Positions 28,542 to 39,918 of a stretch of 64,000 nucleotides of DNA are shown piece after piece. The stretch is from an uncultured Pelagibacteraceae bacterium. GTDB lineage: Bacteria; Pseudomonadota; Alphaproteobacteria; Pelagibacterales; Pelagibacteraceae. Each line of letters begins with the position of its first letter. Positions within the stretch are counted from its first letter, which is position 1. The translations under genes and the position numbers were made by a program. The stretch spans positions 51,331 to 115,330 of the forward strand of contig CACNSS010000003.1 of NCBI GenBank assembly GCA_902623215.1. Direction: 5' to 3'. The notes beneath the pieces were generated by a model. It saw only the letters and a program-made list of their open reading frames with translations, was not told where the DNA came from and searched no databases.

Positions 28542-29532
28542 TTTTAAATTTATCTTTTAAAGTACAAACAGCTAAAGCAAATCTTAAAGATCTATTCCAT
28601 TGAAGAATTATTTCATAATTATCAAATACAATAAAAGCAGGATCTAAAGTATCTGCCCCTGGTATAATATCTTTGTCAGGTGTAATTATTGCAACATTAT
28701 AGTTATTTTTTAAAAAACTCAATTCATCATAATTTTCTATATATTTTTTGAAAAAACTTAATCTTTTTTTATTATGAAGTTTTTTAGCAGATACATTCAA
28801 ATATTTTTTTGGTGTGTTTTTATTTAGATCTATCTTGTAAAAGCAAGGAGAATTTTTTTTCCAACCGATCTTTTTTAGATAGTTTGCTGCAGACGCGTAA
28901 GCATCATGAGAATTTTTTAAATTTATACGATTATCTGTATTAAAATCAATAGCATGGTTTTTTATAGTTGAGGGCATAAACTGAAAAAAACCAAATGCTC
29001 CTGCCCATGAACCATATAAAGATCTATAATCTATTTGATTTTCATCTATTAACTTAAGTAATATTAAAAGTTCTTTAGTAAAAAACTCAGATCTTCTTTT
29101 ATCGAAACTCAATGTCGCTAATGAAGAAATAATATCCATTTTACCAAGATAAGTTCCATAATTTGTTTCTATTCCCATTAATGATAATAAAAGTTCTTTT
29201 TCAATTTCGAACTTATTTTCAACAACATTAATTAACTCTTTATGATTTGAATAAAAGTCAACGCCTTTACTTAATTTTTTAGAAGACGCTCTTTTTGAAA
29301 TGTAGGTCTTGGTATCTTCGTAAAATTCAGGCTGATATCTATCATATTTTATTACATTTGATAAAAACTTAGCATCAGTCATTACAAGATCAAAAGTTTG
29401 CTCAGAAATATTATTGGCTAAGGCTCTTTGTTTAAAATTTTTTTTCCAATTTTCAAAACTTTGAATTTCATTAGCAAAGGAATTAGAATGAAAAAAAAAT
29501 ACAATAAAAAGAAAAATTTTAATTTTGCTCAT
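28531..29532 (-). CDS. mltB: Lytic murein transglycosylase (MltB/SLT_2 family)
   Basis: DRYQPEF, GIETNYG, GSWAGAFG..QFMPS, WNRS..FALAV. Confidence 0.9.
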   Translation of the reverse strand: MSKIKIFLFIVFFFHSNSFANEIQSFENWKKNFKQRALANNISEQTFDLVMTDAKFLSNVIKYDRYQPEFYEDTKTYISKRASSKKLSKGVDFYSNHKELINVVENKFEIEKELLLSLMGIETNYGTYLGKMDIISSLATLSFDKRRSEFFTKELLILLKLIDENQIDYRSLYGSWAGAFGFFQFMPSTIKNHAIDFNTDNRINLKNSHDAYASAANYLKKIGWKKNSPCFYKIDLNKNTPKKYLNVSAKKLHNKKRLSFFKKYIENYDELSFLKNNYNVAIITPDKDIIPGADTLDPAFIVFDNYEIILQWNRSLRFALAVCTLKDKFKNEL

Positions 29533-30397
29533 ATAAATCGTTTAAATATATAATTACAGCAATCCAAATGATAATAAAACTTAGAAATTTCACTAATGAA
29601 AAATCCTCCCCATAATAAAAATAACCTAAAATGAACTGTAAAGTTGGGGTGATGTAAAAAATCATTCCAGTTGGACCCAAACCAATTAACTCAACACCTC
29701 TTACATAAAGGAACAAAGGAATCACAGTCATTGGACCAGCTAAAAGTAGATACAGACTTAGTCCTGGGTTATTTAAACTAAAATCATTAAAATTGTTATT
29801 TGTAATAATATAAATTGCAACAAGGGCAAATGGAAAAATATACAAGCTTTCAATTAATAATCCAATGTCAGTATCTATTTCAATTTTTTTTCTTACTAAA
29901 TTATAAAATGCCCAACTAAAGGCTACGACAAGACCAACCCAAGGTAAAGATTTAAGATTAAATAAGATTAATATTATAATTGATATTAAAACTAAAAGGA
30001 TTGAGAAAATTCTTTTTTTATTAAGTTTTTCTTTAAAAAAAATATATCCTAATAGAACACTGATGATTGGCATTATGAAATATCCGAAACTTGCATCTAT
30101 AATTCTTTCTGAGGCTACGGCATAAATCCATATAGACCAATTAACAAAAATTAAAAAACCAGATACAAATAATGCGATTAATTTTTTTTTATACTTTATT
30201 TCTTTAAGGAACATTTGCCATCTCGACAAAAAAGTTGTGGTAAAAACTAACATGATTGCAGTCCATAAACATCTATGCACAACTAATTCAGTATGACCAA
30301 TAAAGGATATGGACTCAAAATATATAACCCCAATAAATCCCCACCAAAATGAACCCAGTGAAGTTAAAATCAAACCTTTATTAAAATTATTTTTCAT
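29519..30397 (-). CDS. rarD: RarD-family EamA transporter
   Basis: HR.LW, NW...IYAV...DASFGYFI.P, YITPTLQF. Confidence 0.9.
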   Translation of the reverse strand: MKNNFNKGLILTSLGSFWWGFIGVIYFESISFIGHTELVVHRCLWTAIMLVFTTTFLSRWQMFLKEIKYKKKLIALFVSGFLIFVNWSIWIYAVASERIIDASFGYFIMPIISVLLGYIFFKEKLNKKRIFSILLVLISIIILILFNLKSLPWVGLVVAFSWAFYNLVRKKIEIDTDIGLLIESLYIFPFALVAIYIITNNNFNDFSLNNPGLSLYLLLAGPMTVIPLFLYVRGVELIGLGPTGMIFYITPTLQFILGYFYYGEDFSLVKFLSFIIIWIAVIIYLNDLYEQN

Positions 30398-30481
30398 ACT
30401 AATTAAATGAACAAAATATCAAGACTAATTAGACTATTTTATTGTTGAATTAAATATTTTTAATTATAAAAGCTTCTACAC

Positions 30482-30571
30482 GGAGAGATGGCTGAGCGGT
30501 TGAAAGCACCGGTCTTGAAAACCGGCAAAGGGGTAACCCTTTCCTGGGTTCGAATCCCAGTCTCTCCGCCA
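30482..30571 (+). tRNA. tRNA-Ser(UGA)
   Basis: GGAGAGA...CCGGT-CT-TGA-AA-ACCGG, long variable arm, ...TCTCTCCGCCA. Confidence 0.97.
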
Positions 30572-30579
30572 TAAATTTA

Positions 30580-30837
30580 TTAATATTTAAAATTTTTGAA
30601 TAAATTATTAATTTTATTATCCTCAAATTCTATGTTGGTTTTTAAACCATTATAAAAATTGTATAGATTGTTATCATCTTTTTCTAAGAGCTTTATTAAC
30701 TCATTTAAATCTTCAACGTTTAATTGATCTAAGTATTTATTAGTGAAAGCTCCTAAAAGTTTATCCATTTCTTTGGTACCGCGATAATTTGATCTGTATA
30801 TAATTTTTTTTTTTATTTGTTCTATATCAGCGGTCAT
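30580..30837 (-). CDS. sdhE: Succinate dehydrogenase assembly factor SdhE
   Basis: YRS.YRGTKEMD.LL (RGxxE motif); divergent from recG. Confidence 0.9.
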   Translation of the reverse strand: MTADIEQIKKKIIYRSNYRGTKEMDKLLGAFTNKYLDQLNVEDLNELIKLLEKDDNNLYNFYNGLKTNIEFEDNKINNLFKNFKY

Positions 30838-30859
30838 AATAGGAATATAATATTAGTTT

Positions 30860-32911
30860 ATGGATATTAAAAGAAATTATGAATATTTATTATCTGACCT
30901 AAAATCTATAAAAGGTGTTGGTTTAAAAACATCCAATTTATTAAAAAAAAAAAAAATTAATAGTATTTTCGATCTGTTATGGAAATTACCAAAATCCTAT
31001 ACGGATCGAAGTTTATCTTCGAAAATTAAAGATTTAAAAATAGATGAAGTACAGACTATAACTATAATTCCTCAAAAATATTTATTTCCGAGGGTAAGAA
31101 ACCTACCAAATCGAGTTTTATGCAAAGATGAGACTGGTGAAATAGATTGTGTTTTTTTTAATAGTTACGAGGGATATATTAGAAAAATATTACCTATTGG
31201 AAAACAGGTAACAATTAGTGGTAAAATTAAATACTTTCGAAATAAATATCAATTAACAAATCCTAAATATATTTCAGAAGACTCATCTATAATAAAACAA
31301 AAGCATAATAGCTATTCACTAACTGAAGGAATTAGTGAAAAAGTTTATAATAAGATAATATTACAAATTATTAAAAATTTACCTAAAATTGATGAATGGC
31401 ATTCAAAAGATATATTAAAAAAATTTGATAATATTGGTTGGAATGACTCAATTAAAAAATTACATGAACCAGAAAATATTGGGAAATTCAAAGAAAATTT
31501 CTATCAAAGGCTCGCTTTTGATGAAATTTTTTCAACTTTTTTGGTAAATTCAGAAATTAGAAAAAAGATCAAAAAAATAAAAAAAACAAAGAAAAAATTT
31601 GATACTAAAAAACAAAGTGAAATAATATCCAAGTTAGATTTTTCCTTAACTAGTGATCAAACTAAAACATTAAATGAGATTAACGATGATTTGTGCTCAG
31701 ATAATAAGATGTTTAGATTACTTCAGGGTGATGTTGGTAGTGGCAAAACAATAGTAGCGTTATTATCTGCATTTAATACCATCAGTTCAGATTTTCAAGT
31801 AGCAGTAATGGCTCCTACTGAAATATTAGCAAGACAGCATTTTTTATTAGCAAAAAAAATATTTCCCAAAATTATTAAAATAGAGTTACTCTCTGGAAAA
31901 TCATCATACAAAGATAAAAAAAAAATTTTAGATAAACTTATTAAAAAAGAGATTGATATTGTTTTTGGAACACATGCCTTATTTCAAAAAAAAGTAGAAT
32001 TCAAAAAACTAGGTTTAATAATAATTGATGAACAACATAAATTTGGGGTTAGTCAAAGAAAAAAACTATCTGATAAAGCTGGGAAAGATTGTGATGTTCT
32101 TTTAATGACAGCAACACCAATACCGCGTACTTTAACAATGACTATTTACGGAGATATGGATCTTTCAATTATACGAGAAAAACCGAATAACCGAAAACCT
32201 GTTAAAACTTATAGTAAAATTGAAAGTAAAATTGACGATGTTATTAAATTTATTAAGAAAGAAATACGACTTGGTAATCAAATTTTTTGGGTATGCCCTC
32301 TTATAGAAGAGTCTAAAAAAATTGATCATTCTTCAGCAGTAAAAAAATCTGAATATTTAAAAAAAATATTTCCTAATGAAGTTTATTTGCTCCATGGAAA
32401 AACAACGATTGAGGAAAAAGAAAAAATCTTAAACAAATTTTTAAAAAATGAATTTAAGATTTTAGTTTCAACTACAATCATTGAAGTTGGTATAGATTTT
32501 CCTAATGCAAATGTAATTATAATAGAAAATGCAAATAAATTTGGCTTATCTCAGTTACATCAACTTAGAGGAAGAGTGGGAAGAGGTAACAAGGAGTCTT
32601 CATGTATATTAATGTTTAAGTCGAATTTAAGCGACAACGCTAAAAAAAGAATCAATATATTGAAAGACTCTAATGATGGATTTAAAATATCTGAGGAGGA
32701 TTTGAAATTAAGAGGTTTTGGAGATATACTTGGATTTAAACAAAGTGGAATAAAAAACTTTAAATTAGCAGATCCAATACATAATCATAATCTTTTTATT
32801 TTGGCTGAGAAAGAAATCAAAAGAATTGAAAATGAAAAAGAGGATATAGGGAGATTTAAACCATTAATTAAATTATATGATCGTGCAGATATAATTAACG
32901 ATATAGCTTAA
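30860..32911 (+). CDS. recG: ATP-dependent DNA helicase RecG
   Basis: LQGDVGSGKT, DEQH, TATPIPRT, QLHQLRGRVGRG. Confidence 0.97.
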   Translation: MDIKRNYEYLLSDLKSIKGVGLKTSNLLKKKKINSIFDLLWKLPKSYTDRSLSSKIKDLKIDEVQTITIIPQKYLFPRVRNLPNRVLCKDETGEIDCVFFNSYEGYIRKILPIGKQVTISGKIKYFRNKYQLTNPKYISEDSSIIKQKHNSYSLTEGISEKVYNKIILQIIKNLPKIDEWHSKDILKKFDNIGWNDSIKKLHEPENIGKFKENFYQRLAFDEIFSTFLVNSEIRKKIKKIKKTKKKFDTKKQSEIISKLDFSLTSDQTKTLNEINDDLCSDNKMFRLLQGDVGSGKTIVALLSAFNTISSDFQVAVMAPTEILARQHFLLAKKIFPKIIKIELLSGKSSYKDKKKILDKLIKKEIDIVFGTHALFQKKVEFKKLGLIIIDEQHKFGVSQRKKLSDKAGKDCDVLLMTATPIPRTLTMTIYGDMDLSIIREKPNNRKPVKTYSKIESKIDDVIKFIKKEIRLGNQIFWVCPLIEESKKIDHSSAVKKSEYLKKIFPNEVYLLHGKTTIEEKEKILNKFLKNEFKILVSTTIIEVGIDFPNANVIIIENANKFGLSQLHQLRGRVGRGNKESSCILMFKSNLSDNAKKRINILKDSNDGFKISEEDLKLRGFGDILGFKQSGIKNFKLADPIHNHNLFILAEKEIKRIENEKEDIGRFKPLIKLYDRADIINDIA

Positions 32912-33528
32912 TTCTTACCTGTGGATGTTCCTGCAGAAACAATAAATTTAGATGCTTCTTCAAATGTCATATTAAGATAAATAACCTCGTCGATTGGAAA
33001 CATAAGTAGAAAACCACTTGTTGGATTTGGAGTTGTTGGAACAAAAACATTAATTAATTTTTTATTAGTTTTTTCAGACATCTCTCCTTTATTCTCTTTG
33101 GTTGCAAAACCAACAGCCCATACACCTTTTCTTGGATATTCGATTAAAACAACACTTTTTTTTCCATTTTCATCTTTATTAGAAAATGTTTCTGTCATCT
33201 GAACTATTGCGGAATAAATAGTTCGCAACACAGGTATTCTCTTGAATAAATCATCTATAATTTTCAGAATTCGTTTTCCTAAGAAAGATAAAGATAAGCC
33301 ACCAACAATTGTTATAAAAATTACCGATATTATAATTTCTATCCCAGGTATCGAAAACGGTAGGTAGTTATTTGGATTGATGTTTTCTGGAATTATCTTA
33401 GACGAAACTCCAATTAAAATTTTACTTAAATACAAAGTAAAACCAATAGGTATTAGTACAACGACCCCTGTAATAAAATAATTTCTTAAAACTAAGGTTA
33501 AAGATCTTCTTTTTTTATTTTTTGTCAT
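32908..33528 (-). CDS. DUF502 membrane protein
   Basis: VLIEYPRKG.WAVGF, VFVPTTPNPTSGF. Confidence 0.88.
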   Translation of the reverse strand: MTKNKKRRSLTLVLRNYFITGVVVLIPIGFTLYLSKILIGVSSKIIPENINPNNYLPFSIPGIEIIISVIFITIVGGLSLSFLGKRILKIIDDLFKRIPVLRTIYSAIVQMTETFSNKDENGKKSVVLIEYPRKGVWAVGFATKENKGEMSEKTNKKLINVFVPTTPNPTSGFLLMFPIDEVIYLNMTFEEASKFIVSAGTSTGKN

Positions 33529-33639
33529 AAATTAATTAAAACTTGAATAAATTACAAAAACAATTGCAATAATAAATAACACTAATAAAATTTTGTTATT
33601 TAGATTCATGCATAAATATAATATCAATGTTAAAGAAAA

Positions 33640-34467
33640 ATGAATAGAAGAAAATTTTTATCATATATGGGTTGTGGCTGTTGTAGTTTTATACTTAATT
33701 CATGTACATCTGCACCTATTACTGAAAGAAAACAATTAAGTATAATCCCTGAGGCAAAACTAAATGCTCAAGCTGAGAAAATATACGAAAAAGTTAAAAA
33801 AAAAGAAAAATTAAGCAAAGATATAAAAACTCTAAATTTGATCAAAGATATTGGAAAGAGAATGGAGGATTCTATTGGTGAGTATTTTTATAATGCTAAG
33901 TTAGATGATCCTACAAAATATTTTAAATGGGAGTATATTTTAATTGAAAATAAAAAAATTAGAAATGCTTGGTGTATGCCAGGAGGAAAAATTGCTGTTT
34001 ATACAGGAATATTGGATGTAACTAAAAATACAAACGGACTAGCGGCAGTGATGGGACATGAAATTGCACACGCTGTAGCAAAACATTCTGTTGAGAGGGC
34101 TAGTAGAGGTACTTTGTTAAATGTAAGCACAAAAATTATTGATATTGCTAGTGGTGGAATATTATCTGATATTAATAGAACAACCGGAATGGATACTGTT
34201 GGTTTACTATCTCAATTAGGAATAATGAATCCCTTTAATAGAAAACAAGAGAGTGAAGCTGATTACTTGGGTATGATTTTCTCATCATTATCAGGATACG
34301 ACATTAGAGAAACTTCTAAAATTTGGGAAAGAATGAAAGAATATAATAAGGGTCAAACTCCTCCTGAATTTATGAGCACACATCCTTCAGCAGAAAATAG
34401 AATAAAAAAAATTAATGAGTGGACTAACGAGATTATTTTAGATTACCCACCACTTAATATCACGTAG
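33640..34467 (+). CDS. M48-family zinc metallopeptidase
   Basis: NAWCMPGGK, HEIAH, QESEADY.G, FMSTHP. Confidence 0.93.
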   Translation: MNRRKFLSYMGCGCCSFILNSCTSAPITERKQLSIIPEAKLNAQAEKIYEKVKKKEKLSKDIKTLNLIKDIGKRMEDSIGEYFYNAKLDDPTKYFKWEYILIENKKIRNAWCMPGGKIAVYTGILDVTKNTNGLAAVMGHEIAHAVAKHSVERASRGTLLNVSTKIIDIASGGILSDINRTTGMDTVGLLSQLGIMNPFNRKQESEADYLGMIFSSLSGYDIRETSKIWERMKEYNKGQTPPEFMSTHPSAENRIKKINEWTNEIILDYPPLNIT

Positions 34468-34472
34468 TTATG

Positions 34473-34548
<76 letters not shown>

Positions 34549-34619
34549 AAAATTACTTCGTATATACATATTTATTTTAATATTTCAAATAAGAATTTAT
34601 GAGACAAATAGTTTCTTTC

Positions 34620-35732
34620 TCACAACTTATCTATGTATTTGTCATGAAATTGACCAAAAGTGCCTTTTTGAATATTCTTTCTAATTTCATTCATTAATTC
34701 TTGATAAAAATTAATATTATTTAGAGTTAATAACATCGATCCTAAAATTTCATTAGTATTGAATAGATGATTTAAATAATTTTTAGAGTATTTGTTTAAA
34801 TCTAAGTTTTTACATTTTTCATCAAGAGGTGAATTGTCATTTTGATACTTATTATTTTTAATGTTTAATCTACCATTCCATGTAAATGCTAAACCTGTTC
34901 TACCGGATCTGGTAGGCATTACACAATCAAACATGTCAATACCTCTCTTTACTGCTCCCAAAATATCAGAGGGTGTCCCTACTCCCATCAAATAATGTGG
35001 TTTTTTTTCAGGAAGATTCTCTTTTATATCATCTAAAACCTTAAACATTTCTTTTTGTGTTTCGCCAACGGCTAATCCACCAATAGCATAGCCATCAAAA
35101 TCTAGATCTAATAAACCTTTTAACGATAAGAGCCTTAAATCTTTAAATAAACCTCCCTGCACTATTCCAAATAGAGCCTTTTGAGGGTTTTTACCAAATG
35201 CTTTTTTTGACCTGGCTGCCCAATATAATGAAAGTTCCATAGATTTTTTAATTAGTTTGTAATCATTGGTTTTTTTTGGACACTCATCCATAATCATTAC
35301 AATATCTGAATTTAAGCCAAGTTGAATTTTAATACTTTCCTCAGGGCTTAAATAAAATTTTTTACCATCGACATGAGAGTTAAAAATTGCTCCCTTTTCT
35401 CTATCTATTTTATTGAGTTTAGAAAGAGACATTACCTGAAAACCACCTGAGTCAGTAAGTATTGGTAAATCACAATTCATAAACTTGTGTAATCCCCCTG
35501 CATTTTGAATACGTTCAACACCAGGTCGGATCATTAAATGATATGTATTTGCTAAAATTATATCTGAACCAGTTTTTTTTATATCATTAATTGTGCAAGC
35601 TTTAACTGTTGCTTGTGTACCAACTGGCATAAAAGCTGGAGTTCTGATTTCACCTCTATGTGTCTGTATAATTCCAGTTCTTGCGTAATTGTCTTTATCT
35701 AATAATTTAAAGGCAAAATTTTTTAATGCCAT
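34620..35732 (-). CDS. tgt: Queuine tRNA-ribosyltransferase
   Basis: TPAFMPVGT, LANTYHL, TDSGGFQV, GIVQGG, DMFDCV.PTR. Confidence 0.97.
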   Translation of the reverse strand: MALKNFAFKLLDKDNYARTGIIQTHRGEIRTPAFMPVGTQATVKACTINDIKKTGSDIILANTYHLMIRPGVERIQNAGGLHKFMNCDLPILTDSGGFQVMSLSKLNKIDREKGAIFNSHVDGKKFYLSPEESIKIQLGLNSDIVMIMDECPKKTNDYKLIKKSMELSLYWAARSKKAFGKNPQKALFGIVQGGLFKDLRLLSLKGLLDLDFDGYAIGGLAVGETQKEMFKVLDDIKENLPEKKPHYLMGVGTPSDILGAVKRGIDMFDCVMPTRSGRTGLAFTWNGRLNIKNNKYQNDNSPLDEKCKNLDLNKYSKNYLNHLFNTNEILGSMLLTLNNINFYQELMNEIRKNIQKGTFGQFHDKYIDKL

Positions 35733-35739
35733 TAATTTG

Positions 35740-36300
35740 TTATTGAGATTTGAAACTTATTATCTTGTCAGGATTTGTTACAGCTCCATTATTGTTTTCA
35801 TCACCACGTTTAATCATATCAACAAATTCCATACCCTCAATTACTTTTCCAAAAACTGTATATTGTTTGTCCAAAAAAGGAGCAGATTTAAAGCATATAA
35901 AAAACTGACTATTAGCACTATTTGGATCGGACGATCTAGCCATAGATAAAGTTCCTCTATCGTGTGGTAAATTACTAAATTCTTGTTTTAAATCTTGTAA
36001 ATCAGATCCACCCATTCCAGCCATTTTTAAATTAAAATCACTTGATGATGAATTACCAAATTTTACGTCTCCTGTTTGGGCCATAAAACCATCTATAACT
36101 CTATGGAAAACTACACCATCATATTTACCACTATCAGCTAAATCTTTTACTCTTTTTACATGATTTGGAGCTACATCAGTAAATAATTCAATCTTAACAT
36201 CTCCATCTTTAAGTTTCAAAATCATAATATTCTCCTGTGACATTACATAGTTTAACGTTAAAAAAAAGAAAATTAATGTATTAATAAAAATTTTATTCAT
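35740..36300 (-). CDS. Cyclophilin-type peptidyl-prolyl isomerase
   Basis: FHRVIDGFMAQTGD, SMARS..P.SANSQFFI, YTVFG. Confidence 0.95.
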   Translation of the reverse strand: MNKIFINTLIFFFLTLNYVMSQENIMILKLKDGDVKIELFTDVAPNHVKRVKDLADSGKYDGVVFHRVIDGFMAQTGDVKFGNSSSSDFNLKMAGMGGSDLQDLKQEFSNLPHDRGTLSMARSSDPNSANSQFFICFKSAPFLDKQYTVFGKVIEGMEFVDMIKRGDENNNGAVTNPDKIISFKSQ

Positions 36301-36787
36301 ATTTTCTTTTTAATAATTTTATTGTGCTTCTTGTAGTAAATTTTTTAATATCACCTTTTAAATTTACTATCTCTTTTACAAATCTCGATGATATTATCTG
36401 ATTTTCAAGGTCAGACATTAAAAAAAGAGTTTCAATATTTTTATTCAATTTTCTATTCATTCCTGCAAGTTGAAATTCATATTCAAAATCAGAAACAGCT
36501 CTTAATCCTCTTAAAATAATATTAGACTTATATTTTTTACATAAGTCTGTGGTCAATGAACTAAAAGAAATTACAGTAATCTTTTTTTTGCTAAATCTTA
36601 AATCATAAAATAAAGCATTTTTTACAATCTCAACTCTTTCTTCCGAGTCAAATAGATAATCTTTGTTATCCACATTTGAAACAGCAACAATAATTTTATC
36701 AAAAAGTTTTAATCCTTTTTTAATAACATCTATATGACCAAACGTAATCGGATCGAATGTTCCAGGATAAATAGCAACTTTAATCAT
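36293..36787 (-). CDS. coaD: Phosphopantetheine adenylyltransferase
   Basis: YPGTFDPIT.GH, RGLRAVSDFEYE, ISS. Confidence 0.97.
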   Translation of the reverse strand: MIKVAIYPGTFDPITFGHIDVIKKGLKLFDKIIVAVSNVDNKDYLFDSEERVEIVKNALFYDLRFSKKKITVISFSSLTTDLCKKYKSNIILRGLRAVSDFEYEFQLAGMNRKLNKNIETLFLMSDLENQIISSRFVKEIVNLKGDIKKFTTRSTIKLLKRKYE

Positions 36788-39367
36788 TAGACCAAATTAT
36801 CATCAATTTTATCTGCTGAAACAACTTTTTCCTCACCAGATAACTTAATAATTCTCACACCCTGAGTATTTCTTCCTGCTGTTCTAATTTCTTTGACTGC
36901 TACACGAATTACTCTACCTTTGTTGGTGGAAATAAGTATCTCATCACCCTCATACACAGGAAAAGAGGATGATATATTTCCGTTTCTCGGTGAATTTATT
37001 ATTCCTATTATGCCTTTTCCACCTCTATTAGTTACTCTATAGTCTGTGTGGCTTGTTTTTTTTACCAAAGCCATTTTCAGTAATTGATAAAATAAACTTT
37101 TCTCTCGCTTTTTGTTCTAATTTTTCATCTTTAGATTTTTTTCCATTTTTTTTAAACTTATCATTATCTATAATTGAAAGTGAAACAATTTGATCATCAG
37201 GGGATAATACTATTCCTTTAATACCTTTTGATGATCTGCCTTTAAAGACTCTTAATTTCTTTGATTCAAAACGAATACATTTTCCCAATTTTGTGCTTAA
37301 AATGATATCTTGATCATCATTACAAATTTTTACTCCAACAATTTTATCATTATTATCTAATTTCATTGCAATTTTTCCTGAGGTATTTATTGACGAGAAA
37401 TCTTCTAAACTATTTTTTCTAATTTTACCTTGTGCAGTTGCAAAAATAATTTGATAATTCTTTAACTCTGACTCATTGTCTGGAAAAGGCATAATTGAAC
37501 TTATTGACTGATGGTTTTTTAGTGGAAGAATATTGAATAATGATTTCCCTTTGGAAATTGATGAACCCTCAGGTATTTTCCAAGCCTTTAACCTATAAAC
37601 TAACCCTTCGGTAGAAAAAAATAAAACTGAAGTATGTGTATTTACTGATAAGGTTTGAACCACTGAGTCTTCATTTCTTGTAGTCATACCAGTTTTTCCT
37701 TTACCACCTCTTTTTTGTGTTTTTACACTATTCAAAGATCCACGCTTAATATAACCCTGTAATGTGACTGTAATTAAAACTGATTGTTTTTGGATAGTTT
37801 CTTCAATATCATAATTTAAAACAGCATCAATTATTTTAGTTCTTCGAGGTGATGAGTATTTTTCTTTAATATCTTTTAGTTCTTCACTAATTACTTTTAA
37901 CAATTCTTTTTTAGATGAAATTATTTTTTTATATTTTGTAATTAATTCAGCTATTTTTTTTATTTCAATCTCAATCTCATTGATTCCTAATGCGGTTAGT
38001 TTTTGTAATCTTAACTCTAATATAGCACTTACTTGAGAATTTGATAATGTATATAAATTTTTTGACTTATTGTTATCTACAAGTGAAATTAATTTTTTGG
38101 AACCAACTGTTTTCCATTTAGTTTGTAAAAGAGATTTTTTTGCATCATCAGGATTTTTTGACGATCTTATTATCTTGATAACTTTATCTAAATTATCAAC
38201 TGATACTGATAAACCAAGTAAGATATGTGCTCTTTCTTCTGCTTTTTGTAAATCAAATTTAGTTTTTTTAATTACAACGTCTTCTCTAAATGATAAAAAT
38301 TTTGATAAAAAATCTTTTAAATTACATGTTTCTGGTTTTCCATCAACTATTGCAAGTGTATTAAATCCAAATGAACTTTCAATTTGTGTATTCTTATAAA
38401 GTTGTCTTTTAATTGTTTCAGGCTCTACACCACTTCTTAAGTCTATCGAAACTCTAATTCCTTCTCGATTAGACTCATCTCTTATATCTCTAATACCCTC
38501 AATCTTTTTTTCTCTTACCAACTGTACAATTCTCTCATTCAAAATAGATTTATTAACTTGATAAGGTATCGATGTAATAACCAATCTTTCTCTACCGTTT
38601 TTTAAACTTTCAATAGAAATTTCACCTCTGATTTTAAATGAGCCTCTCCCTTTGTTATAACCTTGTTTAATCATATCTTTGCCTATAATTACTCCACCAG
38701 TTGGAAAATCAGGTCCAGGTATATGCTTCATAAGATCCTTAATCTTGATATCTTTGTTTTCAATTAAAGCTAAGGTGCCATTAATAATTTCACCCAAATT
38801 ATGTGGAGGAATACTAGTAGCCATACCCACAGCAATTCCACCAGCACCATTTACCAATAAGTTTGGAAATTGAGCAGGCAAGACTGTCGGTTCTTTTTCA
38901 GTGTCATCGTAATTATTTTTAAATGAAATCGTGTTTTTTTCTATATCATCAATTAAATATTGTGAAACCTTGGATAATCTAGTTTCTGTATATCTCATCG
39001 CAGCAGCTGGATCACCATCAATAGAGCCAAAATTACCCTGTCCATCAACAAGAGGTAAGCTCATAGAAAAATCCTGTACCATACGTACTAGAGCATCATA
39101 AACAGATTGATCTCCATGTGGATGATATTTACCTATTACATCTCCAACTATTCTTGCTGATTTTCTGAATTGTTTTGACCAATCATATCCACCTTTATGC
39201 ATGGCGTATAAAATTCTTCTATGAACTGGTTTTAATCCATCTCTTATATCTGGTAATGCACGACTAACAATTACACTCATTGCATAAGACAAATAAGACG
39301 AGCTCATCTCGTCATGCATAGAAATTAGTTTGATATTATTATCGTTTTGATTTTCTGAATTTTGCAT
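36787..39367 (-). CDS. gyrA: DNA gyrase subunit A (apparent 1-nt frameshift near 37060, split into two ORFs)
   Basis: [28 protein letters not shown], GyrA box QKRGGKG; the C-terminal blades (TNRGGKG, GRNTQGV) continue in ORF 36787-37074. Confidence 0.93.
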
Positions 39368-39372
39368 AATCT

Positions 39373-39828
39373 CTAAAATGGAATTTCATCATCCATTTCA
39401 TTTGAAATTTGAGACATATCGTCATTATTGTTCAATGATTTATTACTATCATTTGCAATACTTCCACCTGAATTGCCTCCACCTAACATTGTAAGTGAGG
39501 AATTATATCCTTGAATAATTATTTCAGTAGAAAATTTATCTTGTCCTGATTGTTCATCTTTCCATTTTCTAGTTGATAGTTGTCCTTCAACATAAATTTG
39601 AGCTCCTTTTTTTAAATATTGTTGAACAACATTTACGAGACCCTCATTAAATACAACTACACGGTGCCATTCAGTTTTTTCTTTTTTTTCTCCAGAATTT
39701 TTGTCTTTCCATGATTGACTTGTAGCAAGACTAAGTCTTGCAACATTTTTTCCATTTACCATTTGTTTAATTTCAGGATCTGCGCCCAAACGACCAATTA
39801 AAAGTACTTTATTTAAACTTCCAGCCAT
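39373..39828 (-). CDS. ssb: Single-stranded DNA-binding protein
   Basis: [20 protein letters not shown]-terminal DDEIPF. Confidence 0.98.
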   Translation of the reverse strand: MAGSLNKVLLIGRLGADPEIKQMVNGKNVARLSLATSQSWKDKNSGEKKEKTEWHRVVVFNEGLVNVVQQYLKKGAQIYVEGQLSTRKWKDEQSGQDKFSTEIIIQGYNSSLTMLGGGNSGGSIANDSNKSLNNNDDMSQISNEMDDEIPF

Positions 39829-39918
39829 AATATTTTAATATTTGTATAATTAATTAATTAGATTTATATCACAATTTACTCTGAATATTAATTTTATTAG
39901 ATCAAAGCAATAAAAATT

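Noticed and set aside
39829-39918. LexA box between ssb and uvrA
   Set aside because: No GTTC-N7-GTTC or GAAC-N7-GAAC direct repeat present.
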